From: Diplonema japonicum
Lineage: Eukaryota > Protista > Euglenozoa: Diplonemea
DNA length: 64,000 bases
Assembly (NCBI GenBank): GCA_964019335.1
Contig: OZ025683.1
Coordinates: 434,001 to 498,000, forward strand
Direction: 5' to 3'
Shown here: one piece after another, positions 13,501 to 24,566 of the stretch
Layout of the letters: each line of letters begins with the position of its first letter
Position numbering within the stretch: position 1 is the stretch's first letter
Program-made: the position numbers and the translations under genes
Notes under the pieces: generated by a model
Told to the model about the DNA's origin: nothing
The model's database searches: none
The model's input: only the letters and a program-made list of their open reading frames with translations

Positions 13501-14589
13501 CAGGCTGAGGATAACTTAAGAAGGCTCAGCCAACAGTACACACAACTGAAGCAACTACTCCTAGAACGGGAGAGCAGGCTCAGCAATTACAGAGAGCTCC
13601 TCGAGGAAAAGGAAGCAGCAGTAGCCAACCTGGAAGCGAAGAAGCAAGAACACCTGAGGAACGCAGAAGGGGCCGATACCAAGATCCAGAGCTTGAAGCA
13701 AGAGAACGCAAGCCTACAAAAGAAGGCGAAAGAGAGCTGCAATGCGGCTGCGATGCTGCAGCTGCAGAAACGGCTGGAGGTGCTGGAGGCGGATCTGGAG
13801 AAACAGAAGAGCAAAGGGCAGTTTGGGGACAAGAAGAACATTGAACTGAGTGGACAGAAGAGCCATCTTCAGAACCAGATTAAGATGACGCTGGAGCGGT
13901 GCAACACGCTGAAGAGGCAGCTGGAGGAAGGGGAAGCACAACTGGAGGCGAGCAGGAACAGCGAAAAGACTTTGAGGGAGGAGGTGGTCAAGCTGACAGA
14001 GCAGCTAAAGGTGTTCAAGCAAGGACGAACCGAGAAAGAGAACCACATGCAGCTCTCCATCAGGTTGGAGCTTGCGGAACGTGAGAATGTCAGGCTGCAG
14101 AACGACCTGTCGGCACATAGAAAGTTCACAAAGGAAATGATGGAAGGCGGACAACAAAAGTTGAAGGAAGAGCTGGCAGCAGCAAAAACAGCCCTATCTG
14201 ACGTGGAGGGCAAGGCGAAGACGCTGGACTCAAAGCTTCACGACGCCAAAAGCAGAGCAGAGAGGGAACGCACCGCAAGGGAGGCCAAAGACGACGAGAT
14301 CAACTACTTGAAGCAAGAGCTGCACGTGTTGAGGGTATACACCTTTTCTATTAAAAAAAACGATTTTTTTTTATTTTCTCACCAGTTGCAAGAGAAAGGC
14401 GACAAGATGGATATGAGCAGGCGGACGAACCCCTTCGGCACCCACGTCAATCCAACGGACAGCAAGAAAACCCCAAGAGAGGCTGCAAGGCGGATGGACA
14501 AGAAGACACCTAGTTATATGAAAAAAACCGCCAACTGGAGCAACAGGACCGACGAACCACGGGGCACGTCGCCCGTTCGTATGTGTTGA
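10557..14589 (+). CDS. Kinesin-3 family motor (motor domain, FHA-like domain, long coiled coil); introns 12480-12512, 12891-12927, 13036-13070, 13140-13170, 14335-14385
   Basis: Motifs [52 protein letters not shown] and ESLSTLKYADRAK. An FHA-like region follows the neck. GTA..AG introns link ORFs 10557, 12528, 12943 and 13171 in frame. Confidence 0.92.
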
Positions 14590-15336
14590 AGAAAAGGGAG
14601 GGAGGGAGGGAGGGAGGGAGAGGGGAAACAAAAAAACAGGGACCTCCGACGTACCGAGCATGCAGCGCTCGAACAGCAAAGGAAAGCTGAAATAAACGGC
14701 AGTGTGCATGCGAATAGCAAACACACACACACACGCACGCGCACTTTTATATAAAAAGAAAACACACAAAAAGAAAAAGAAGAAACCAAATAAATAGTCT
14801 TCTTGACCGATGCCGCGATGGCTTGGATCTCTCGCGTGGTTCTCCCCCTCCTCCTCCCCTCCTCCTCCTCCCCTCCTCCCTTCTTTTGTTCTTGTTGGGC
14901 GTTTCCACACTCACCCCCCTCCCCCCACATGATGAATGCTCTTTTTTTACCCCCCCCAAGAAAAGGAATCGCAAAAGGAAGAGAGACGATGAATATGCAG
15001 CTCGTTCCTTCTCCTCCTTTTCTGCCTACAGGTGCGGTGATTTAAAAAAGGAAAAGAACGGATTTTTCTGTTTTTTTTTATGCCTTCGCCCCTTCGGCAA
15101 TGCCCCCCCCCCCCCCCCCCCCCCAAAGCCTGGCGGTTCCTCCCATCTCTCTCTTTTTTTAAATACTACTGTTATGAGAAGACAAACAAAAGAAATTGTA
15201 CATGATCCACCCCCCCCCCCCCCCCCCCAACATTTACACAAAATTCATTTTTCTTTTTTTTTTCTTTCCTTTCAAAAAAAAAAAGAAAACCAAAAAAAAA
15301 AAAAAAAAAAAAAAAAAACAACACACCCCCACAGAC

Positions 15337-16627
15337 ATGAGAATAGTATGGTTATTATTAGCAACAGCTGCGCTGGCGGAGGGCGTTGAGCAAGGGACAG
15401 GGGTCGGGGTGTGCAAGTGCGTGGGGACAGCATGCACGGTGTATGTGAGGTGGGATTTCAGAAGTTACTCGGACTGCGTGGCGAATGTGCCCAATGAGAA
15501 TGCTACAGAGGCCGACGCGGCAGCATACATGGTTCGGATGACAAAGGGAAGCGGCGAGTGCAACCAAGTCCTCCGAGGCAACACCTCTGACGAGTGGCTC
15601 CTCTTCGACACTTCATCGTGCATGGCAAACCTGTCCAGCCCAAACCAACACCAGTGGGAAGAGGAAATATCCTTCGGCATCTACGCCTCGCAAAAATGCG
15701 AGAAGAACCAACTCAGAAGAACAGTGCGGATCCCCTCAGCAGACGGTCTGTGCCGCACAACGATCCTCGGCCCGGGGCACGAAGACGACTCTGAAGAAAA
15801 ATGGACGCTCCGGTTCATCCTCATCGTCTGCTTGACACCGTTCGTCACAGCGCTTGTTGGCTACGGTACCAATGTTATCGCTATTAAAATGATTTTCCAG
15901 CCGTACCACCCGAAGTGTGGGTTTTCCTGTTCCATCTGCGGGCCGTCGTCAAAGCACCCTGGGCAGCCCAAGTGCTACTGGCGTGGGATACAAGGCGTGT
16001 TTCCCAAACGGCAGTATTCGCTTGCAGTCCAGATAGGTGACATGGTCGACAAGAATTTAATCTCTGCCGACGAAATGGTTGCGAAGATGAAATCAGAAAT
16101 GGGGCTCGAGGAAGGCGCCGACAACACCAAGCCTTCGGGCATTGATGAGGAGCTTTCTACCGGCGTGAAACACGCTGTCGGCACCATGCTCGACAAACGC
16201 CAAGATACTCCGGGTTTTGGGATGTTCCTTATGGCGATGGGAGGCAAGGATGCCTTCAGGGACAACCTCGCCAGGGGAACCGTTTCCGCGTTCAAAAGCA
16301 ACCTTCCTTACTTGATGGAAACGTTTGGTATGGGGAAATTAAAAAAAAAAAAAAAAAATTGAAAACAGCTTCTTCGTTCACTTCATTCATCCCTTTTAAG
16401 GAAATCATCACTGACAGGATTAGGCACAAAATGACGCCTGCTGATGTATGTTTTTTTTTTTTCCTTTCAAAAAAAGAGAAAAAAAATTTTTTTTTATGAC
16501 ACAGCTTGAGGATATGTTCATGAGTTTCATGGCCGCCGAGTTGGGTTTTGTTGAGCAGTTGGGTGGGTACCTTGGTTTTATGGTTGGGGTGCTGCAAGGC
16601 TGTATTTTCATTGTTGCTGGAACGTAA
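15337..16627 (+). CDS. DUF445/UPF0754-like membrane protein with N-terminal signal peptide and Cys-containing ectodomain; introns 16328-16368, 16446-16504
   Basis: Contains VGYGTNVIAIKMIFQP and QGVFPKRQYSLAVQIGDMV. The spliced C-terminus ELGFVEQLGGYLGFMVGVLQ matches the DUF445 pattern. Confidence 0.8.
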
Positions 16628-17064
16628 CACTTTTCTTTTCTCTTTTTTTTTTTTCTCCTATACGTTGACCCTCTCTTGGCCTAGACAGTGTTTGATACTC
16701 ATCTTTTTTGTTTGTTTGTCCCCCCCCTTTTTTTTCTGTCTTTCACTGTCAAAAAAATAAATTTTTACCCCCCTTCCCCTCTCCTGGAACTTTTCTTTTT
16801 CGCGCCAATGATGATGCGGTCCAGTGCTCCGAGACGCGATTAGGTGGTCACAGTAGACGGCCAATTAAATAAGTTGTACCGAAAAGTATAGACGATAAAA
16901 AAAATGCGAGGGGGAGAGAGAGAACAATAAAAGCGCAAAAAAAGAGCACGCTTAGAAAAAAAAAAAGAAGAAGAAGAAAGGGAGACACCCCAGTCCTTTC
17001 TTCCGTCTTCCTGCCCCACCTCCCCCGTAATTCTTCAACACCCACACCCCTCCTGTCAGGTTAA

Positions 17065-18294
17065 ATGAAGGCACGGGGGAGTGCCCCACGTAGCCCCAGA
17101 AGCCCACACAGCATGTCGATGAGTGGGGATAGGTTGAAAGAGAGCGAAGCACTCTTGACAAAGTGGGAGCACCACGAAGGAGATATGCTGTCCAAGGTGT
17201 GCGAGTTGCAAGCGGAAAACGAGAAGTTGAGAGTTCTGTTGAAGAAGATGTTCATGAAGGTGGGCGGGGGGATATCACTGGAGAAATACTTAGCGAGCGA
17301 ACCGCAGCTGTCAGACCCTTGCCCGGAGGTGCCGTTTGACCATGTGTTTGGAACGGTGGAACAGATGGCGCAGCCAAGAGCAGGCGATGGGAAATGGTTT
17401 GAAGCACAGCTCCGCATGCGAAAGACAGAGACACGTACCTTCGAACTCGAGAAAGAACTCGCATCGTGCTCCGCAAGGGAACAACACCTCCACCGCTCTG
17501 CGGCGGCTGCCGAATCAAAAGTCGAAGCAACAATTGAACAGCTCAACGATCTGCAGCACCAGGTCAAATGCCAGTCCGAAGAACTCAACCGCCGTGCAGC
17601 CAAACAACTCGACTTAGAAGACATGCTCATCCGGCAGCGTGAGGCACTCTACGCCAACGAGACCTCCGAAGCAGATAACGTTCTCGTCATCGAGCGGCTC
17701 ACCACAAAGGTCGCCTCCTACGAGGAGACCATCAAGCAGCTCACAGCGGAGACCACATCGCAGCTTGCCTCTGTGGCACGCCTGAAGGTGGCCAAAGACA
17801 TCTCTGCGGTGTTCCTTGCGCCCTTGATCAGCGAGAACCCTTCCCTGTTCAAGAGGCTTGCCATACTGTGCGAGGAGGGCAGCGAAGGAGGACGGGACCT
17901 TCTCAACACGGTGACGGCGGTCCTCCCGACGGTTCCACCCGCTCCGGTAACTCCGCTGCCAGCATCACCGCCACCGGTGATACCGCCGACTCCTCCACGC
18001 GCATTGTCATCTAGCATCATGTTGAAGAAAGCGCCAAATGAAAGGCTTGGCATGCTGTGGAGCAGCACACGCCAAGGGCTCATCCTTAGGGCCGTCGATG
18101 CCATCTCCCCTGCCTCGTCAGCAGGCGCCGTTGCTTTCATCGGCAGACGTCTCATTTCCACATGCGGCATCCCCATCTTCACCACCGACTCGCTTGCCAC
18201 AGTCACGTCCCCCATGACAGCACTCGACCTCGTCTTCGAGGGCCCCACAGAGCTTACATGGCAAGCGTGGAACGCAACGACCGAAGAGTTCTAA
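17065..18294 (+). CDS. Coiled-coil protein with C-terminal PDZ-like domain
   Basis: Heptad-rich N-terminal half, Pro-rich linker, then LKKAPNERLGMLW...LILRAVDAISPASSAG...IGRRL (PDZ-like pattern). Confidence 0.65.
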   Translation: MKARGSAPRSPRSPHSMSMSGDRLKESEALLTKWEHHEGDMLSKVCELQAENEKLRVLLKKMFMKVGGGISLEKYLASEPQLSDPCPEVPFDHVFGTVEQMAQPRAGDGKWFEAQLRMRKTETRTFELEKELASCSAREQHLHRSAAAAESKVEATIEQLNDLQHQVKCQSEELNRRAAKQLDLEDMLIRQREALYANETSEADNVLVIERLTTKVASYEETIKQLTAETTSQLASVARLKVAKDISAVFLAPLISENPSLFKRLAILCEEGSEGGRDLLNTVTAVLPTVPPAPVTPLPASPPPVIPPTPPRALSSSIMLKKAPNERLGMLWSSTRQGLILRAVDAISPASSAGAVAFIGRRLISTCGIPIFTTDSLATVTSPMTALDLVFEGPTELTWQAWNATTEEF

Positions 18295-18396
18295 GAAACT
18301 TGGAAGGAGCGGGGTAGATGTACATTGTATTTATGTAATTATTTTCGTACTTTATGACATTTACTATGCTCGTATTGCAACCACATACACAGAGGA

Positions 18397-20906
18397 ATGG
18401 TCCACACACAGGAGGTCTCTGCCTTGAAGAAGGAGCTCGCGAAGCTCGGGAGGCTCAACCAGCAGCTGCACAACGATGCGCTGCGCGATGCCGAGGCGTA
18501 CGATGAGAGCGGCAGGAAGCAGACGAGCACCGTCAAAGCTTTGGAAAGGAAGCTGAGCGAGGCAAAAAGCGAGACGGCACAGCTACACGCAAAGACGAAG
18601 AGGATGGAACACGAGAACGACGAGATGCGGCAGCAGCTGAACCAGGCGCTCGTGAAGCAGAAGCTGTACGACGTGCCTGTGGGGCAGCAGGGGGTTACTG
18701 TGAAGCAGGCAAACAAGATCAACTCGCTCGACAGGCCACCCATAAAGCCTGTTGTGCTCACCCCAAGCGACGACGAGGCCCGCCAGACGACCATCATAGC
18801 TATGCTGCACAGGAAGCTCGACGCATCTCAGAAAATACAAGACGAGCAGGTGCAGCAAATACAGAACCTCACCGCTCTGCTGGACAAAGCAACTGTCCAC
18901 TTGGCAGCGCATGAAGGCGACGCTGAAAGGTTGTGCGGCTTGATTGACACACCAGGGAACACCCCAGCACTGCAGCACCTCAACCTTCAAGTCTCAGACC
19001 TGCACCACGAGCTGTCATGCACGCAAGAGGAGCTCAGCGAAGAGAGGGACAAGGTCTCACGGTACGCGAAGCAGAGTACAGACTTCAAGATCGAAGCTGA
19101 GATGCTCAGAGCGTCCCTCGAGGCGAAGAACGAAGAAGCGGCACTGCTCACAGCAGGTCTGGAAGAGCAGCTGCAGTTGCAAGAAGCGATGGAGCACCAC
19201 CGCCAAGCCGAAGTGCACACAGTTGACCAGAAGCAGCAGACCGAAGAAGTCAAGGGGCCCGTGCAGGAGGAGTTCGCAATCAGCGTTTCGCAGTTGGTTA
19301 CCGACAAGGCTGTCCTCCAGAGGCAGCTCGAGATCCTCGGGAACGAGCTCCTTGATGCAAGGGCAGAGTCAGGAAGCTTCTTGAAGCAGCTGGTTTCCCT
19401 GCAGGCGAAAACCAACAGCTTGCTCAAAGAACAGACCGCAACAAAGGACTTGATCCCTACGTCGCCACCGCCACAGAAAGCATCGTGCAGCGTCCAGACA
19501 CTTGAGACGACCTCCCATGACACCAGCACAATGACCTGGCCCACCGTCGAGGCTCGTGATAGCACGGGAGATGAAAACCTGAAGCTTGAGGTAGCACTGC
19601 AAGAGGTGAGTGGCGACAGGGATGAGTTGCAGGTGAAGCTAGATGCGGTAACTATGGAACTCATTGCTCTGCAGGAGACACACACAGAAGCGGTTGCTGA
19701 TAAGGACAGGCTGGTGGTCACTGTGAAGGATCTTCAGCAGCAGGCGTCCGACCAGGTGATGCGGCTGCGTGAGGAGGGCGACTACGTGCAGAAAGAACAG
19801 CAGCGTGTGGATGAGCTTAGCACCAAACTGCGTTGCACTGAAGACGAGAAGGAGCACCTGTCGCGGGAGATACTACAGGCGTCTGACGACTTCAGGCAAA
19901 TGTTGAGAGAAAACAGCTTTGTGAGCCAGCAGCTACAGGAAGCCGTTGCTCAACGTGACAAGCTGCAGCAGGACATGGACTCGATCTACGGTCAGGCTGC
20001 GGAGGTTGAGTACGCTCTGAAGGCAAAGGAAGAGGAGTATGGCGAGGTGCTGGCTGTTTACAGACAGCTGTGCGACGAGCACGATGCGCTGAAGCGTAAG
20101 TACGCCAACCTGGAGATTGAAGTGCAACGTGTGCGCGACGACATCACCCTTGAGAAGAGGAGGACGCAGGACCAGCTCCACGAGACATGCGCTGTTCAGC
20201 AGCGGGAACAACAAACAGCTGTGGATTTGCAGAGCGCAAACTTCGAGATCGACAGTCTGAACAAAAAGCTGCTGGGCTACTTCAACGAGAAGAACAGCAT
20301 GCAGCGGGATCTAGAGGACACACAACGCAGGACACAAGGGCATCAGAGCTACGTGGAGTCTGTGGAGCGGAAATATCAGGAGTGCGAACGGGAGTTGATC
20401 CTGAAGAGTAACGAGCTGGACCACGTGAGGGAGCAGCTGAACCAGAGCCACGCAGAACTGCAAATGACGGCTCATGCTCTAGGCGAGGAGCAGCGTGAAA
20501 GCAGGCGGCTGTGTGACATGACAGCAGAGCTGAAGAAGAAGGAAGCATCTCTTTACAACAGATCAGAAGGCATGCGGAGCGAGATGGGTGAGTGGCGGCA
20601 GTCTGCTCAGGAAAAAGAGTCCAAGCTGCAGAGCGCTAAACACCAACAACAGTACAACGAAGACGCCATTAGACACCTCACAGAGAAGACAGCGCAGATG
20701 GAGATGCAGCTTGGCAACGAGAGGGCCGCAAGGCTGAAGGCAGAAGACGCTGAACGCGTTCTGAAGGAGACAAACATGTCGCTGGTATGACCACACAACG
20801 TGCTTACCCTACACAGATAAGGCAATACGAGGCAGCGCAGCTGCTGGTCGAGACGCAGGACGAAGAGCTTAGATCGAAGAAAAAGCCTGAACAGGCTCTT
20901 TTTTAA
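18397..20906 (+). CDS. Long coiled-coil protein, possibly CEP135/Bld10-like centriolar protein; intron 20785-20816
   Basis: About 825 aa, almost entirely coiled coil. LKKELAKLGRLNQQLHNDAL resembles the Bld10/CEP135 (E)NNQLH motif. The family call is tentative. Confidence 0.6.
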
Positions 20907-21093
20907 TTCTTCAATTCAATACCAAAACAGCCTTTCTCGAGGCTTTTTTCTTTTTCCTCCTCTTCTTTCTTTTTAGATCAGGGATCTGCAGTCTTTCTCA
21001 GGACTATCCCTTCAGTAGTGTTTTTTTTCTTCTTTTTTTTCTTCCTTTTTCTGTCTTCAGCTTTCCCATGCCTTACAGGCCCTTCAAGGGACG

Positions 21094-21851
21094 ATGCCTA
21101 CTATGGAAGAACAGATCGCGGCCCTAAAGGCCAAAAAGGCAGGTATGTGTTGTGGGGGGACGTCATGTTAAGCTTCACACAGCGGCAGGGTCCGGTGGTT
21201 CAAAGAAGCTGTCGAAGAAAGAACAGGAAAAGATGGAGGCGGAGAAGAGAAAGAAGAAGAAGGAGGCCGAAGCGAAGAAATCAGAGGAGGCAAAGAAGGC
21301 GGAAGAGGAGGCGATAAAAAAGCTGGCGGAAGAGAAGGAGGAGAAGAGGAAAGCAGAGGAGGAAGAAAAGCTGAGACAGGAAAAAGAAGCCGCAGAGGCT
21401 AAGGAGAGAGTACTTGAAGAGAAGAAAAAGGCGATGAAAGCGGCTGCCGAGGCAAAACAGAAGAAAAAAGAGGAGGAGCTTGAGAAGTTCAGGAAGCAGT
21501 TCGAAGGCCTCTCAGTAGAGGAGCAGGAGGCTTTGAAGACACAGGCCGAGGCAGAAGTAAAGAGGCAGGAGCAAGAGGCACTTGAAGAACTCAACCGGAA
21601 GAAGATGGAAGAAAAGCAAGCAAAAGACAGGGAAGAGGAAGAGGCAAGGAAGAAAGGTAATTAATCCACTTCCCCACACACGCACACATACACCCACAGA
21701 AATCTATAGCAATGCTAGGAAGAGGGCCAAGGCCAATGCCCAGTTTTACGAAGAATTCATGACCGAGGACGGCCCCAGCGAGACCGCAGTCGCCTCTGCA
21801 CTCGACAAGAAGATTGATACTTTCACGGTGTGGCTTAACAATTCAAGTGAG

Positions 21852-21884
<33 letters not shown>

Positions 21885-21903
21885 AGAGCAAGCATGAATC
21901 GTA
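21094..21903 (+). CDS. E/K-rich charged (single alpha-helix-like) protein; introns 21143-21182, 21657-21699 and a probable third intron ending at 21886; 3' end uncertain
   Basis: Spliced frame reads MPTMEEQIAALKAKKAAAGSGG..EAEKRKKKKEAEAKKSEEAKKAEEE..EIYSNARKRAKANAQFYEEF. Confidence 0.65.
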
Positions 21904-22300
21904 GGCATAGATTATCAGAGGAAAATCAAAAAAAAGAGATGACCCCCCCCCCCCCGTCCCCCGTCCCCCGTCCCACTGGTTTTTTTTTTCTACGCCTCTC
22001 GTGCGTAAAAAGATTAAAAAAATGGTTTCTTATTTTTTCACCCCCCCACCTTTTCCCTATTTTTATTAGAGGAAGAAGTTTAACGATAGCTCAAAAAAAA
22101 GGATCGACAAATATACTCCTTTCACCACGTAAAGCGTTTTTTGTTCTTCTCTTTTTTTTTTCTCTTTTCTCTTCTCTTCTTTTATTCCTCTACTTTCTTT
22201 CCCCCTTTCCCCCTCTGTTCCGGTGCTCCCCACCCTTTCTCCTATCACCATACCGCGAAACTTTAAAAAAAAAAAAAACCAGGCAAAAAAAAAAAAAAAA

Positions 22301-23623
22301 ATGAAAATACCTACCCAAGGAGTTCTTCGTGGCTGCGGTGGGGATGTGTCGTGTATTGATGTAAACCCTGGAGGGGAGTTGGTCCTGACAGGAAGCAGCA
22401 ATGGAGAGGTCGGGGTGTGGAGCGTGAATTTAATGAGAAGGGTTTTTCAGCTTGATAATCAACATGGCGGCATGGGCTTGCTGGCGGTGGAGTGGGCACG
22501 GCCACACGACACAGAAATGAAACACATACAGTACCCCCCCAGCACACAGTACTTCACAATGGGCCGCGACGGCTGCATACGGTTCTGGAGCGTCGTGAAT
22601 AAACAAACAGGAACCTTTGTGGATCTTACCGAAACGATCACCACGACAGCCCCTACAGGTGTCCCTACTATGCAGTCCGCTGTTCCTTCGTCAACACCTT
22701 CTCTCCCCCCACCGCAGGCTGACTACTCAGACATGGTATTCTCTTCAAAACAGAGTTCCGACACAACATTCTCATGGGGCCCTACTACATATTGCATTAC
22801 TTGCGTCGGGGTTTTGTGGCATTCCAGCTACAGCTTCTGCCCGTTCAGCACGATACGAAACGAAAAAGGGGTATTCCTCGCAGCCCCGTCCGAGGCGGGC
22901 AGTGTAGTTCGGGTGTACCTTCTCGCCACGGAGAGCACCGATGAAGCTGACGCAGCTGAGGCATCTGTTCTAACTAAACCGAAAAACCCGAGGAGCGAAA
23001 ACGTGGACGCGCTTCTCGAAGAGATCAGCAAGCGAAAAGGCGGGTCGGAAACAACAGGGAGATTCTACTGCGATGTGTGCCCCATACCCGGGCAGGAGGT
23101 TGGGATGGTCATGACTGTCGACGGTTCACGGGGCATGGGGGATCTTCTGGCTGTCGGGTACGAATCCGGCCATGTCATGGTTTCTGGTTTCAGTTTAACA
23201 TCTTCAGAGAAGATGTCCCCTGTGTATGTGAAGCACCATGCAGAGACTGTTTTGGTGGTGAAGCTGGTCTGTGTGAAGTCTGGTAGAAATTTGCTTCTCA
23301 CCGCCTCGGCGGACGATGCCCTGATGGTGTACCATGTGGCCTCCTCGTCTCTTGTTGCGTTGCACACCATAACTCTTCCCTCGCCGGGTGTTAATGCTTT
23401 GGCCGTGCATCCCGCCAAGCCGCGGCTTGTTGTGCTTGGGTCGTGGGCGAACCAGGCGCTGGTCTACGATGTCAAGAAGGGGCAGCTTGTCGCTGTTCTT
23501 GAGGAGCATTCCAAAGCTGTTTCGTCACTTCGGTGGGTTCAGACGGGGTCTGAGCTGCAAAAAGCTTGCCTTTTCACAGGAGGGAGCGATGGGGTGGTTG
23601 CTCTGTGGAACATCTTCAACTGA
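22301..23623 (+). CDS. GNB1L: WD40 repeat protein, ASA1/GNB1L-like
   Basis: VLRG at the N-terminus, then SFCPF, LAVGYESGHV, PGVNALAV..LGSW, VAVLEEHSKAV and terminal GGSDGVVALWNIF, in the ASA1/GNB1L order. Confidence 0.7.
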   Translation: MKIPTQGVLRGCGGDVSCIDVNPGGELVLTGSSNGEVGVWSVNLMRRVFQLDNQHGGMGLLAVEWARPHDTEMKHIQYPPSTQYFTMGRDGCIRFWSVVNKQTGTFVDLTETITTTAPTGVPTMQSAVPSSTPSLPPPQADYSDMVFSSKQSSDTTFSWGPTTYCITCVGVLWHSSYSFCPFSTIRNEKGVFLAAPSEAGSVVRVYLLATESTDEADAAEASVLTKPKNPRSENVDALLEEISKRKGGSETTGRFYCDVCPIPGQEVGMVMTVDGSRGMGDLLAVGYESGHVMVSGFSLTSSEKMSPVYVKHHAETVLVVKLVCVKSGRNLLLTASADDALMVYHVASSSLVALHTITLPSPGVNALAVHPAKPRLVVLGSWANQALVYDVKKGQLVAVLEEHSKAVSSLRWVQTGSELQKACLFTGGSDGVVALWNIFN

Positions 23624-23737
23624 TGACAGTTTTTTTTTTTTTTTTTTTTTTTTTTTATATTCATCCTGAGGTGACCAACTAAAGCTAAACAAAGGTGGAC
23701 GACGGGAAGGGAAAAAAAAAAAAAAAAAAACGGGAAA

Positions 23738-24106
23738 ATGTCGGCGGATAAATCAAAGCTGCAGAAGATTATGACCCAGCCCATTGTATGTACAGGGAAA
23801 AGTGATTTCTTCTTCTTTTTTCTTTTTTTTGATTTCCATTTATAACATAACACACATCACAGAACCTGATCTACAGGTTTGTGCAGAATAAGTCAAGGGT
23901 GCAGGTGTGGCTGTATGAGAATAACGACCTGAGGATAGAAGGCGTGATTATTGGTATGCTGAGGAAAGCAGAAGGAAGAAGATAAACAAAAATGGAACAC
24001 CACACAGGTTTTGACGAATATATGAACCTCACCCTTGATGATGCGGAAGAGATTCACATGAAGAAGAAGACTAGAAAGACTATCGGTATACCCTTGGGAG
24101 GAGAAG

Positions 24107-24147
<41 letters not shown>

Positions 24148-24205
24148 AGGGAGAATTATGCTTAAAGGCGACAACGTCAGTCTGCTTCTCAACACCGGGA
24201 AATAA
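23738..24205 (+). CDS. SNRPE: Small nuclear ribonucleoprotein SmE (absent from the ORF track); introns 23786-23862, 23954-24007, 24086-24149
   Basis: Spliced product: [90 protein letters not shown], a canonical SmE. Confidence 0.97.
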
Positions 24206-24566
24206 AATAAAAATAAAAAAGAACAGAGCACCTCCCACACAGTCCCTTTTGTCTCACCAAAAGGATTACCTCCTAACCAGTGTCTCTTTGTATTTTTTCC
24301 TTTTTTCTATTGAGCACACGGCTTTCTTACTTTTTTTTTTAGCATCATCAAAAGGGTGGGAGGGGGTGAAATTACAATAAAAGAAAAGAAGAAGTACTTT
24401 CACCTCTTCAGCCCTTTTTAAGTGTTTCTTACTTCTTTTTCTTTCATTCTCCATAACACAGTGTTTTCTTTTTTCTTCTTATTCTTCGTATGGCTTTTCT
24501 TCCTCTTCTTCTTGTTCCTTTGCCCTCTCCCCTTAATGCCCTTCACAAACAGGTGAATGACCCCTG

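Larger units (their letters stand above)
385..24550. repeat. Domain in which non-coding DNA is saturated with A/T/C/G homopolymers and microsatellites
   Basis: Many runs of 15-45 nt (e.g. 3402-3437, 7017-7048, 9818-9859, 24107-24146), plus (GT)n at 4752-4773 and (AAG)n. Confidence 0.9.

Noticed and set aside
16806-16885. Box C/D snoRNA candidate (ATGATGA ... CCGA)
   Set aside because: No canonical CTGA box D, no clear terminal stem and no rRNA guide that I can verify.
18292-18397. Fusion of ORFs 17065 and 18397 (same frame)
   Set aside because: There are two in-frame stops, no suitable donor before the first, and a CACAG acceptor precedes ATG 18397.
10544-21697. Long minus-strand ORFs overlapping the kinesin and coiled-coil genes
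   Set aside because: They are antisense shadows of biased codon usage (S/F/C/L-rich) with no recognisable motifs.
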